Positions 1 to 10,838 of a DNA stretch of 49,845 bases are shown here, in pieces. Where the stretch lies: the NCBI RefSeq assembly GCF_001194135.2, contig NC_069000.1:25742211-25792055 (forward strand), written 5' to 3'. Below the pieces are notes generated by a model, which was given only the letters and a program-made list of their open reading frames with translations, was not told where the DNA came from and searched no databases. Made by a program: the position numbers and the translations under genes. The stretch comes from Octopus bimaculoides (taxonomy: Eukaryota). Position 1 is the stretch's first letter. Each line of letters opens with the position of its first letter.

Positions 1-129
1 AGTCTCTCTGCTGTCATTACACACTCTGCAACTCTCTTCCTTTGTCTACACACCTTGGTTTACTGAGTATTCTCTGCATTCACATTTACTGTATACAAGG
101 TACCTGCCTCTGGTACTGGTACAATGACA

Positions 130-640
130 GAGAGGATCCACTTCATGTTCCGTCGAGAACAAACTATTTGACATGGAGCTGGCTAGTAGAGAGCTGTCCA
201 GACTACAATTGTCTGTTGTTGCATGGTTTCTATGGCTGGATGACCTCCCTAATGCCAACTAATTAAGTCGTGCTTTTTACATGCCACATGGTATGGCTGT
301 GTTTACATAGCACCAGCATGGGTGCTTTGATGCAGCAATGGCATGGGCACTTTTTAAGTGGCACCAGCACCTGAAAGCACAACCCTGTATGTGTAGAAGA
401 CAGTGATTTTACTTAGCTTGATGCATCTTATCAAGTACAGTAAATCACTACATCTCCCAGTCCCCTGACCTCTCCTCGGTGAGGCCCACCATCCAAAGAT
501 CCTTTTTAACCACTTTGTCCCACATCTTCATGGATCTGCCCCCTCCACAATAAGAGCTTGTCACTTCTTTACACAGCTGTCCTCATCAATATGCATCACA
601 TGACCAAACCAGCACAATCTTCTCTCTTGCACACAACATC
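130..640 (-). mobile_element. RTE-clade LINE, 3' end (RT C-terminus plus 3'UTR)
   Basis: Minus strand ~410-560 translates to GR..KMWDKVVKKDLWMVGL.EE....DWEM, resembling the RTE RT C-terminal 'GRPRKTWDEVV..DL..LGL' motif. 130-400 carries the tail motif ggtttctatggctggatgacctccctaatgccaac. Confidence 0.65.
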
Positions 641-1120
641 TGTCTTGCACACAACATCTCTCTTGCACACAACATCTCTCTCTCTCTTTCTTTCTATATA
701 TATATCTATAAATTTTACATTTGCAATTAATTTTCTGCTGTGCACAATATCCATAGAAAATGGAAGAAATGATGTCCTAGTGACCATGGTTCTTGTTTTA
801 GAACCAAACTCTCACTTCCAGAGCATGAGATACCTGAATGAATTCACCTGAGAAGATGGACTCAATTAAATAGGACTGTAAAAACGTTCATTTATTCTTT
901 GTACACATATGTGTTGAATATGAATCAAACTTAAACCAAAAATTGCTTGAATAAAAAAAGTAGGTGAAATTTAGTGTGTTCTTCCCCTCATGATGTTCGC
1001 ATTCACCTGAAAGTTGAGGCAACAGTGCTACCAATATTCAATAAAAATGCAGGTATAATTATCCTTCTGGTCATTAGAAGTGAGATAATATAATGATTCC
1101 GTTTGAGGGTATCAGCTTGA

Positions 1121-1338
1121 CCTTTTTGTTATTACATTTCTGATGAAATACACTACCTTTCTTTCAATTAATCTTGAAAATAATAAAGAATTCAGTAAAA
1201 TAAATTTCTCATTATCCAGGTGTTTAGAATATAAACGAACAAGAAATTTTGATGGAGTTTTTATTTAGGTTCCTTTTAAACAAAATTGTTTGTATCACTG
1301 AATCAGAGGCAGTTTCGAGCTGGCTGGTATCAAAAGGG
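1121..1338. mobile_element. Non-autonomous TTAA-type (piggyBac-like) MITE, degenerate
   Basis: Right end tggtatcaaaaggg|ttaa (1325-1342). Left end ttga|cctttttgttatta (1117-1134) is a decayed inverted copy. No coding capacity. Confidence 0.5.
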
Positions 1339-2604
1339 TTAAAGATTCGAGAGATGCATTCTTAATAAGAACAGTTAGAAGTTCCATCTTCTGCTTAAAG
1401 ACAATTGTCTTCATTTATGCAGTTAAATCCTATTGGGAAAGGCATGAACATTACACAATTTCATTCCTTTTCTCATATAAATTTATGGCTAACATACTAA
1501 GTTATATATCAATTTAATATGTAATGTTGAAATCTAAAGAAATACATCACATATAACTTAATATCATAATCTATGATAGTGCACATATATGTATATTGTG
1601 TGTGTGTGTGTGTTTGAGTGCGCGCCCTCGTTCTTATGTGTACATATATGAATGTTTTTCTATGCGTGTGTGTTTGTGTATATATATATATATATATATA
1701 TATANNNNNNNNNNNNNNNNNNNNNNNNNNNNNNNNNNNNNNNNNNNNNNNNNNNNNNNNNNNNNNNNNNNNNNNNNNNNNNNNNNNNNNNNNNNNNNNN
1801 NNNNNNNNNNNNNNNNNNNNNNNNNNNNNNNNNNNNNNNNNNNNNNNNNNNNNNNNNNNNNNNNNNNNNNNNNNNNNNNNNNNNNNNNNNNNNNNNNNNN
1901 NNNNNNNNNNNNNNNNNNNNNNNNNNNNNNNNNNNNNNNNNNNNNNNNNNNNNNNNNNNNNNNNNNNNNNNNNNNNNNNNNNNNNNNNNNNNNNNNNNNN
2001 NNNNNNNNNNNNNNNNNNNNNNNNNNNNNNNNNNNNNNNNNNNNNNNNNNNNNNNNNNNNNNNNNNNNNNNNNNNNNNNNNNNNNNNNNNNNNNNNNNNN
2101 NNNNNNNNNNNNNNNNNNNNNNNNNNNNNNNNNNNNNNNNNNNNNNNNNNNNNNNNNNNNNNNNNNNNNNNNNNNNNNNNNNNNNNNNNNNNNNNNNNNN
2201 NNNNNNNNNNNNNNNNNNNNNNNNNNNNNNNNNNNNNNNNNNNNNNNNNNNNNNNNNNNNNNNNNNNNNNNNNNNNNNNNNNNNNNNNNNNNNNNNNNNN
2301 NNNNNNNNNNNNNNNNNNNNNNNNNNNNNNNNNNNNNNNNNNNNNNNNNNNNNNNNNNNNNNNNNNNNNNNNNNNNNNNNNNNNNNNNNNNNNNNNNNNN
2401 NNNNNNNNNNNNNNNNNNNNNNNNNNNNNNNNNNNNNNNNNNNNNNNNNNNNNNNNNNNNNNNNNNNNNNNNNNNNNNNNNNNNNNNNNNNNNNNNNNNN
2501 NNNNNNNNNNNNNNNNNNNNNNNNNNNNNNNNNNNNNNNNNNNNNNNNNNNNNNNNNNNNNNNNNNNNNNNNNNNNNNNNNNNNNNNNNNNNNNNNNNNN
2601 NNNN

Positions 2605-2654
<50 letters not shown>

Positions 2655-2787
2655 GTACATATCAGTCATTGTTATCATTTAATATCTGTCTTCCATGCTG
2701 GTGTGAGGTGGATGGTTTGATCAGATCTCACAAACTAGAGGGTTGCACTGAGTTCCAATGTCTGCTTTGGCACAGTTTCTATGGCTA
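2655..2787 (-). repeat. Fragment of the same RTE-type 3'UTR repeat as 130-400
   Basis: tctgtcttccatgctgg...gtctgctttggcacagtttctatggct resembles 180-245; it is cut by an N-gap. Confidence 0.5.
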
Positions 2788-2959
2788 NNNNNNNNNNNNN
2801 NNNNNNNNNNNNNNNNNNNNNNNNNNNNNNNNNNNNNNNNNNNNNNNNNNNNNNNNNNNNNNNNNNNNNNNNNNNNNNNNNNNNNNNGACGACGACACAC
2901 CATTTCTGGTCTCTCTGCTGTCATTACACACTCTGCATTTTAAAATCATACAAAAATCT

Positions 2960-3355
2960 TCCCTGTAACCCAGCATGGATTAATTTCGAAAAATATTTGA
3001 TGCATTTCATAAGAAACTTGAAGTTCTCTAAACACACCAACTCCTTCCAGAAAAAAAAGCTTTCAGGAATGATATCAAAGATAAAATGATCTCCTAACCT
3101 ACATGTGCTCACTAACAAAACGGGCAACATTTATTCAATGCCATGTGATATCTATAATAAACTGATTTCGAAGGAAATTAACCATCGATAGTATCATCCG
3201 AAATTAACCATCGATAGTACTATTACAGCTCTCTCCATTAGAATATCCAACCTATCAGCAAATGAGGAGATCTTCAATGCACACGCACCAATTTATAATC
3301 ATGCTCTAAAACTAAGCGGCTTTCATGACCATATTTTCTACATCCCTGACACCAT
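2960..3355 (+). pseudogene. Penelope-like element (PLE) RT relic with internal deletion
   Basis: FEKYLMHFIRNLKFSKHTNSFQ..KIK*SPNLHVLTNKTGNIYSMPCDIYNKLI (PLE 'ADKT.N.Y' region), then ISNLSANEEIFNAHAPIYNHALKLSGF (PLE thumb region). The junction is marked by duplicated gaaattaaccatcgatagta (3173-3220). Confidence 0.7.
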
Positions 3356-3689
3356 TACCGGTAGATGTCAATTGTGTATAAAAGAATCGTACATAATCCT
3401 TCGCATTTTTAATTCCACTGTTTTAAATAGATTTCCTGAAGCTATTCATTCGTGTAATCATATATATTATTCGTGTAATCATAGATATTATTCAACTTTC
3501 AAGAGTAAATTTAAATTCGAACCCACATAGTAACATTTTCTATTGTACAACAATATATTGCCACTTGGTTATAATTTAAAAAATAGAAAAAAACTCTCAC
3601 CAGCCCTCTTAAGAATTTCTATAATTCATATGACTCTTATATAAAACAAATTAATTTATACTTGCAAAGCCATTTAACACGTTTGGTTG

Positions 3690-6023
3690 TCGTGGTTCAT
3701 TCTGTTGTCGGCGTCAGCCAAGGTACGTTAAAACTGAACTGTTACATTGAACTGTTGATATTGCTACTGTGTTGTTGAATTTTTGTCGTTCTTTGAAACA
3801 TACAGCTTGTTCAGCAAGCTTGTGTTTTTGTTTGTGTCTCCCTCCCACGCGGGATGGAGGTAGAAATGCCTAGTGCAGGTGAGGAAAAAATGAAATGGAA
3901 GCTACGCATCAGTAGCAGGAAAGTAGGATGCGAGTGAAACTCAGTTCGAAGTGAGAGAGGTATGATCCAGAAGGTAGGCCGGTCGTCATGGACTTGACGT
4001 TCAGTGGTGGCAAGACTATCAGACTGGTTTCAATTTATGCACCCAATTCAACTGGGCAACGTGAGTATTTTCGTGACCTGGAAAAGTTTCTGAGGACGTT
4101 ACATTCACTAGTTTTGATAGGAGATTATAACACAATCTGCGATGCACGCGTAGATTATGTTGGGTCATACACACATAGGAAAGGTAAAGGTAACTCTTGC
4201 CTCCAGGATCTGCTAAGTCGCTTTCAGCTAGCAGATCCATATAGACTGGAATTTCCCAACGCTCCATTGTGGACGTGGTCAAGCAGTGACGGGTCTTCCA
4301 GGTCATATTTCGATTGAATATTGATTAGAAAAACATAGAAATATAGCTGTGTCTACAGCTCTACCTAGTCAGCTACAGTGATCACAAGCTGGTCACTTGT
4401 AAGTTTGACATAGATAAACTATATAGTAGAGGTTCCAGCTACTGGAAGCTCAATAGTCCCTTTTGGCGATTGAGGAGTACAGAAAGGGGATTAAGTTGGT
4501 AATACAGAGGAGATTAACCGGAGCTGTTATTAATAAGAAATGGTGGTATGCCCTCAAACGAGCCATTAAATATGAGTATATTAGATATAGCATAGGTTTA
4601 GTAGCTTGAGAGACTAGGAAGGAATTAGGCCTAGTTAAAGCCCTAGAGGAGGAAATGAAGACTGGCTCTGCATCCCAGATGAAGGTGATTAAGCTAGCAC
4701 CTCGAAGCCAAACACATGGGGTGCATTGTCAGAGCTAGACTTCGTGCATTGGGTTGCGAGGGAATCAAGGCTGCTGGATGGGCCCGAGTGGTGGCAGCCC
4801 AACCTGGTTATGATGCCGCATTTCGATCTTTGGTGAACCAACAAGGTGAGTTGACAAACGAACCCGAGGAGATGTATAAGACCTTTCAGGTGCACTTCGC
4901 CCAGATTTTCAGAGGGAGCGATGGACCGGAGAGTAGGATGACCCTAACGGCCTTCCTCACCGGGCTGCCGCATCTTTCAGGACGGGATGCGGAGTGCTGT
5001 GAAGGGCCGATCACGCCTGAGGAATTGGTAGAAGCTATGGCGGATTGCGACGTGGATAAGGTGCCGGGACTGGATGGTCTACCCTACGAGTTATACAAGA
5101 GTATGACAAACTTGTTCGGGCAACTACTGGTGGGTGTTTACACGAACTGGCAGCAGAGTGAGTTTATTCTCAGATTTGTGCTCTGCGGAGCGGTGACGCT
5201 AGTCAGAGAGGGCCCAGAAAGAGGGATTCCATTGATAATTTTAGGCACATCACTCTGCTAAACACTGAGCTGAAGATTTTGGCCAAGGTGTTAGCGAAAC
5301 GGTTGGTGCGTGACGCAGATGGTTTGGTCGGGGAGGCACAGACTTGTACCATTCCCGGTAGAACCGTTCAGGATGATGTCCACCTTCTACGCTACACCTT
5401 AGAGGAATTTAATAGTAAACCCGGCAAGAGTGGAGCACTGGTTCATTCAGACTAAGCAAAAGCATTCGATAGGGTTGACTATCGTTACCTGGTGTCAGTT
5501 CTCGCGCTCTTCAGTCTGGGTCTTGGCTTCCTTAGGCGGATCATATTAATATATGACAACATCGACTCGACTGTTGTTCGGGTGAGTAGTTTTCTGTCAA
5601 AGCAGTTCCGTATCAAACGCTCAGTTCGCCAAGGGTGTCCACTCTCCCCACTTTTGTATGTGATGGCTCTTGAGCCATTGCTGCGAAAGTTGAATGGCAT
5701 CCCGAGGGAGCCAGGTTGTGGAAAGTCGGTTTCAGCATACGTGGACAACATCACCATCATTGCGACCGAGATGGAACACCTACAGAGGGTAGGCAAGGCC
5801 ATTAAGGAGTACGAGACGGTAGAAGAAGCAAATACTAATCGTGAAAAGTCAGTCGGCTTGCAGCTCGGTACCTGGAGAGGCAAGTCGATGCCTCCTGACA
5901 GCATCATGGGACATTGGACAGAGGGTCCGATTAAGTTGTTAGGGGTCTGGTTTGGTCCGGACCTCCAAATAGAGAAGAACTGGGCTGAGGAATCGAGCAA
6001 GGCGACTCACATAGTCAAGACCT
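3690..6023 (+). mobile_element. Tx1/L1-clade LINE ORF2 (AP endonuclease + RT), frameshifted, truncated at both ends
   Basis: EN motifs DPEGR..RLVSIYAPN, LIGDYN, DPYR..P..P.WTW, SRSYFD and SDHKLV. RT motifs KVPGLDGLPYELYK, LLNTELKILAKVL, AKAFDRV, VRQGCPLSPLLY, AYVDNIT and LLGVWF. A UTR-like leader starts gttcattctg at ~3695. The EN N-terminus and the C-terminal part of ORF2 are missing. Confidence 0.9.
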
Positions 6024-7002
6024 GAGGTGCCCCGAGAGAGAACAACAAATAGAACAGACGAAGACAGAAGAGTACGGACCAGGTTGTACAGGTCGAGATA
6101 AAGGAGAAAGCAGCGGAGGAGGAATTCACGGTGGTTAAAAAAAGAAAGAGATGTGGGAGAGTGAGCCCTCCGCAAGAGAAGCAGAAAAAGAAGAAAGAAA
6201 AGGTGGAAATGGACGTTGTGACCGGAAGGAAGGGAGGCAAAATGGTGGTGGATAAAGAAAGTGAAAAGGAAATTGAAAAAGTGTTGGAGGAGGAGTTACA
6301 TAAGGAGGAGACATTGGTGAAGACAGCGGTTGTTCCGGCGGAGGAAAGAGATTCAGGAGTGCAAGTGTACAAGGGTGAAATGGGGAGACTGTTCAGAGTG
6401 GAGGAAGAAAAGGAGAAGGTACCAGGAGTGGAGCAGGAAAAGAGAAAGCAAAGAAGAAGAGGAAAATTTCGACGGAATTTTGTGACGTACACGAAAAGCA
6501 AAGAAACTGAAAAGAAAGTTTTAAAATTTAAACATATCATAAGAGTGAAGTTGTCCACGCCACCGTGGTTGACAAGGACACTTACAACAGACTAAAAGAC
6601 ATGTGTGGAAGCGGAATTGACCCACCAGGAGTGTTGGTGGAGTTCGACAAATTGCCACCAGTAGTGGAGCTAAAAGATTTAGAACCTTTCATGAAGTATT
6701 AAAAAGGAAAAAAGAAGTAAATTTGTTTTGTTGAAAAAAGTAGAAAAAAAAAGTAAAATTGTTTTTTTGTTTTTTAAGAGGAAGAAAACGACGATTAAGA
6801 AAAATAGAATAATTGTAAATAGTTTATATAAACGTTCAAATGGTACTGCATGGGAGTGTGGCCCATGCAGCCATTTCATTTTTTTCATTTTCATATAACA
6901 TCTCATTTCCATTCGTTTTATGTTTTGCGTTCCCACTGTGGTGTTGCGTCTGTCCTTGTAGTGTCCCCCTCTGTGCTGTAGCCGTAGTACCAAATAAAGA
7001 AA
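6024..7002 (+). mobile_element. ORF1-only Tx1/L1-derived unit A (5'-truncated at the zinc knuckle) with 3'UTR and polyA signal
   Basis: Begins aggtgccccgagagag (RCP), homologous to ~7940. K/E-rich reading frame ends PPGVLVEFDKLPPVVELKDLEPFMKY* (TAA 6700-6702). 3'UTR hairpin at 6840-6874 and AATAAA at 6993-6998. Confidence 0.7.
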
Positions 7003-7019
7003 TCATAGAGAAGTTGGAC

Positions 7020-8892
7020 GGTGTTCATTTTTGTGGCAGTGTGTTGTTCTTTTGGTTGAAATTTCTACGATTCCGTTAAAGTAAGTGTGATATTTTGTTG
7101 TTAAAGGTCTCCCCTCGTGTGTGTGCCACGTTTGCTCCCTGTTGAAATTACTGTTGCTACAAAAGGGTGTTTGTTGAATTGTTGTTTTTTCTTTCCATTT
7201 ACTGGAGAACCGACGAAAATAAGTGCTATGAAGACTGAACGTTCGAAGAGCAACAGTTATGCAGCTGCAACTGGCAAAGGAATTGAAGTAGAAGCTTTGG
7301 AGGTTCGAGAAGTAAAAATTGAGCCGAAAAAGCTGAAAAAGTGCGGCAAGCTTATAGAAAAGGAAGGCTACAACCTTAAATTAATGCCCCCTCTCGAGTT
7401 AACAAATGGAGTGAAGAAACGAACAGTTATTTACAAAACACTGAAAGTATCGACAAAAAAAATTGAAATGGCATCCATAGAGGATATAGAGAAGTGTTTA
7501 AAAGAGGTTAAAAAGGCTACTACGTTCATAACAAGAGGAAGAAGATATGTCACAGTGGAGGTGCGATTCGCAAGCGAAGATGAAGCGATAAAGCACTCCA
7601 CTGATGCCATAAAGACAGGCTGTTGGTGCTCCTAACGACATACTCTGGTAAGCGAGTTGTCAGAGTAAGGGTGGGAAAAGTACCACCGGAGTTAAACGAA
7701 ACATGGCTGGGTGCTACAATAATGTACAATATAGAAGAGGATGCCAAGATCTTGAGAGTGACAAGGACGAAAAGAGTCAACTGGTGGGATTACGTAATTG
7801 AGATGGCATTTCAAACAACTGTGATATGAACAAGATTTCGGAAGAAATCATACTTCCTGAAGATGTGAGATTAAGAGTGGTGGTGGAGGATAGGCCTCGC
7901 ATATACTACTTGTGTGGCGAGAAAGACCACATGAAGGCAAGGTGCCCCCAGAGAGAAGAGAAAAAGCAACAAATGGAACAGTCTGAGGAAGAGAAAAGAG
8001 TGTATGATGTGGTACACGAGGAGGTAAGGGAGATAACAGAAAAAGAGAAGAGATTTGAAGTCGTTAAAAAAAGAAAGAAGGGCTCTCCGCTGGAGAGGCA
8101 GAAAAAGAAAAAAGAAGCAGATAAGGAGATTGAGGAAGAGGTCGTAAAGTAGGTTCAAAAGGAGATCGAGAAAGAGGTAGAAAAGGAGGTTGAGAAGAAG
8201 GTTATGGAGGAGGAAGAGACAGAAACAAATATAATAGAATGTGTTTTTACCAATGAAGTAGAACAGCAACGTGAAGAAACAGCGACACTAACCATAATGG
8301 AAGAAGTGGCGCCAAGAGTGGAACATTGCAAACAAGCAAGAAGGCGGAGAAAATATAATTGGAATTTTGTGACATGCCACAAATGTAAATACGGAAAAAA
8401 TGATAATCTAACTGAAATCAGTTATAAGGGTTAAGTTACCCAATGAGATGTATGGTGAAAATGTGAAAGGAATTTTAATCGACAAGGAAAAATATAACAA
8501 GTTGAAGAAAAAATGTAATGTTGAACCACCAGGATTTGTGGTGGAGTTCGATGAACTACCGCCAGTCGTAGAATTAAGTGAAATAGAGCCATACATCAGG
8601 TATTAAAAAAGAGAGTAAATTGTTGTTGTTTTTTTTTTAAAAAAAGGAAAAATGATGCTACTTAGAAAATACACTGAAAAAGAAAATGATTATAAACCGA
8701 AAGTAAGAACATTCAAATGGTACTGCATGTGAATGGGGCGCATGAAGCCATCTCATAATCATCGATTTCATTGTACATTTTCCATTTTCATTCGTTTTAT
8801 GGTTTTTGTCCCCACTGTGGTGTTCTGTCTGTCCTTGTGGTGTCCCCTCTGCTTCTTTTTTTCTTTTTCTGCCTAGTGCCAAATAAAAAGAA
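7020..8892 (+). mobile_element. ORF1-only Tx1/L1-derived unit B (near full length; HAL1-like)
   Basis: Leader, ORF1 at 7228-8606, then a 3'UTR homologous to unit A (hairpin 8717-8751, ctgtccttg.gtgtcccc motif, AATAAA 8882-8887). There is no ORF2 between the ORF1 stop and the polyA signal. Confidence 0.75.
7228..8606 (+). pseudogene. LINE ORF1p-like protein (putative RRM region + CCHC zinc knuckle + K/E-rich tail), frameshifted
   Basis: Joined ORFs 7117-7635, 7623-7829, 7826-8152 and 8204-8434. N-terminal SYAAA motif; VRVRVGKVPPE; VVEDRPRIYYLCGEKDHMKARCP is CX2CX4HX4C with the first Cys changed to Tyr. Ends PPGFVVEFDELPPVVELSEIEPYIRY*. Confidence 0.75.
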
Positions 8893-8902
8893 TTACTTTT
8901 TT

Positions 8903-9271
8903 GTATTATTTACATTTGACGGATATTTGCCCTCATCTTGTTTGTTGTTAACACAACGTTTCGGCTGATATACCCTCCAGCCTTTATCAGGTGTCTTGGG
9001 GAAATTTCGAACCTGGGTTCTCATTCCTAAGGTATTTTTCGATGTTGTTGTTGTTGTTATTATTATTATTCAGGTCACTGCCTGGAATCGAACTCGGAAT
9101 CTTGGGGTTAGTAGCCCACGCTCTTAACCACTATGACATATGCCTACAGTCATATGGCGTAGTGGTTAAGATTCTGTGTTCGATTTCAGGCAGTGACCTG
9201 AATAATAATAATAATAATGATGATAATGATAATAATAATAACAACAACGACAACAAAATCGAATATACCTT
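8903..9271 (-). mobile_element. tRNA-headed, hammerhead-carrying SINE-like element with inverted 5' duplication
   Basis: Minus strand: tRNA-like head at 9144-9071 (A box T..CATAGTGG, B box GAGTTCGATTCC), (AAT/AAC)n spacer, body atcgaaaaatacctt, HHR at 8995-8950. An inverted partial copy lies at 9151-9271. Confidence 0.75.
8950..8995 (-). ncRNA. Minimal type I hammerhead ribozyme motif (G8>A variant, probably inactive)
   Basis: GACAC-CTGATAA-A-GGCTG gagggtatat CAGCC-GAA-ACGT-T-GTGTT. Stem I gacac/gtgtt, stem II ggctg/cagcc, palindromic stem III ACGT. The core reads CUGAUAA instead of CUGANGA. Confidence 0.75.
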
Positions 9272-10199
9272 TCGTAGTGGAGATGTTTGGTAATTGTATG
9301 TGGTGGTTACTTTTGACCGTTTCTTTTCAATGGGGATAATTGATTGATAACGAATCTTTACCCAGTATATATACAACTTCAATAAACCTCTTACAATTGT
9401 TCATAATTGTTCATTAAACACAAAAATGAGGCACTACGCCTCGTACTTTATTTAAAAACAGAATGAGGTTCAAACCTCTTATCAGTTCACAATATCGAGG
9501 CTTTCCAACCTTTTACCCATAGTCCTCTTCAGTATCGCTTGTGACCCCGTACCCCACCATTTCCTACGCCTCACTCAAGCACAAAACGGGTGACGTGTCG
9601 GGGCCACCTGGCCACAAGCGATATTCCTCATGGGTCTCCATGGTTTCCATTTTGATTTCTTCTATCCAGCTAATCACTCGGGCATGTCTGTGTGAAATCG
9701 TGTCCACCGCTCAGTGTAAAGAATTATATTCTTTACTTTTTGTGTCAGTGTAACTAATATAATTACTAGCGTCTCCCTCTCTTTCTCTCTCTCTCTTTCT
9801 CTCTCTCTCTTTCTCTCTCTCGCTTTCTTTATTTTGTTCTCTCTTTCTCTCTCAAACCCTCTCTTTTGATAATTCGTCCCCTCTCTCTCTCCCTCTCCCT
9901 CCTACTCTTTGATTTTATATTTCCCCGAACCTCACATCAAAGACAGGCCGTTTAATTACTTGAATACTGAGTTAAAGCATACATAAGTAACTATCCCTAT
10001 ACATATTGTATAAAGTTATATAGTTGTATGTTTATTATTCATTAAACGATGATAAGGCTGAACATATATTGTACTCATTAATCCCTTTCAATTCTGTTTG
10101 CCTCAACTACAAAACTGAAAAACTAAATATTTATCGCTGTGGAATTTTCGTAGGTACTCATTAGTGCTTTGAATAAGTATAAAAATAATAAACTTTAAA

Positions 10200-10535
10200 T
10201 CTGGCACTCCGTCGATTACGACGACAAGGGTTCCAGTTGATCCGATCAACGGAACAGGCTACTCGTGAAATTAACGTACAAATGGCTGAGCACTCCACAG
10301 ATACGCATACCCTTAACGTAGTTCTTGGGGGAATTCAGCGTGACACAAAATGTGTCCAGGCAAACCCTTTTAAATTACAGGTACAACTCATTTTCGTCAG
10401 CTGAGTGGGCTGGAGCAACGTGGAATAAATTGTCTTGTTCAATGACACAGCGCCCCACCGGGAATCGAACATAAATTGTCTTGTTCAAGGACACAACGCT
10501 CCGGGAATCGAACTCACGACCTTACGATTGCGCCT
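10200..10535 (-). mobile_element. tRNA-derived SINE (head partly lost) with internal ~45-bp tandem duplication
   Basis: B-box on minus strand (gtgagttcgattcccgg) followed by ttgtgtccttgaacaagaca. Tail ...gtcgtaatcgacggagtgcc is shared with 24245-24590. 10425-10470 is repeated at 10471-10513. Confidence 0.8.
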
Positions 10536-10728
10536 TTACAATAAGTATTAAATATGTATGAAAAAATTTCGCATGTTTCACTTCAGAGTAGCATCTAAAG
10601 TGTTTGCAACAGTCGTCTTAATGTGTCATTAAAAAAAAAATTAATCATATTTAATTTCCATATATATTTTCATACGTTAAGGCATAAATATGTCATAACA
10701 TATAAATGTGACATATTTGTGTGTCACA

Positions 10729-10838
10729 TTTCTTTCATGAAGATATTTTAGAGAAATAACTGGGGATAAGATAAGAAGAGCATCATGGACCGTCAACAGC
10801 AGTGTTGGGCTAAAGACCTTTACTACTTACAATAACAA
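10729..10838 (+). repeat. ~110-bp segment duplicated at 11769-11881
   Basis: ttctttcatgaagatattttagagaaataactggg(g)gataagataagaagagcatcatggaccgtcaacagcagtgttgggctaaagacctttactacttacaataacaaca occurs twice, differing by one G in the G run. Confidence 0.9.

Noticed and set aside
1-30. 28-bp match to 2910-2937 (tctctctgctgtcattacacactctgca)
   Set aside because: Most simply two copies of a dispersed repeat, one cut by the window edge and the other next to a gap.
6131-6595. K/E-rich ORF as a host coiled-coil gene, and antisense ORFs 5485-6000, 6007-6558 and 7871-8269
   Set aside because: The K/E-rich frame is homologous to the TE ORF1 tail, and the antisense frames are shadows of purine-rich TE sequence.
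9071-9144. Apparent tRNA gene (and similar heads at 20396 and 48878)
   Set aside because: The acceptor stem is poor and the head is fused to repeat bodies or tails, so these are SINE heads rather than functional tRNAs. tRNAscan-SE would be decisive.
9460-9535. Minus-strand CTGAAGAGG...CCTC-GATA and CTGATAA-GAGG..CCTC resembling hammerhead halves
   Set aside because: GAAA is absent or mutated and no stem III/stem I can be formed, so an HHR is not supportable, although a decayed one is possible.
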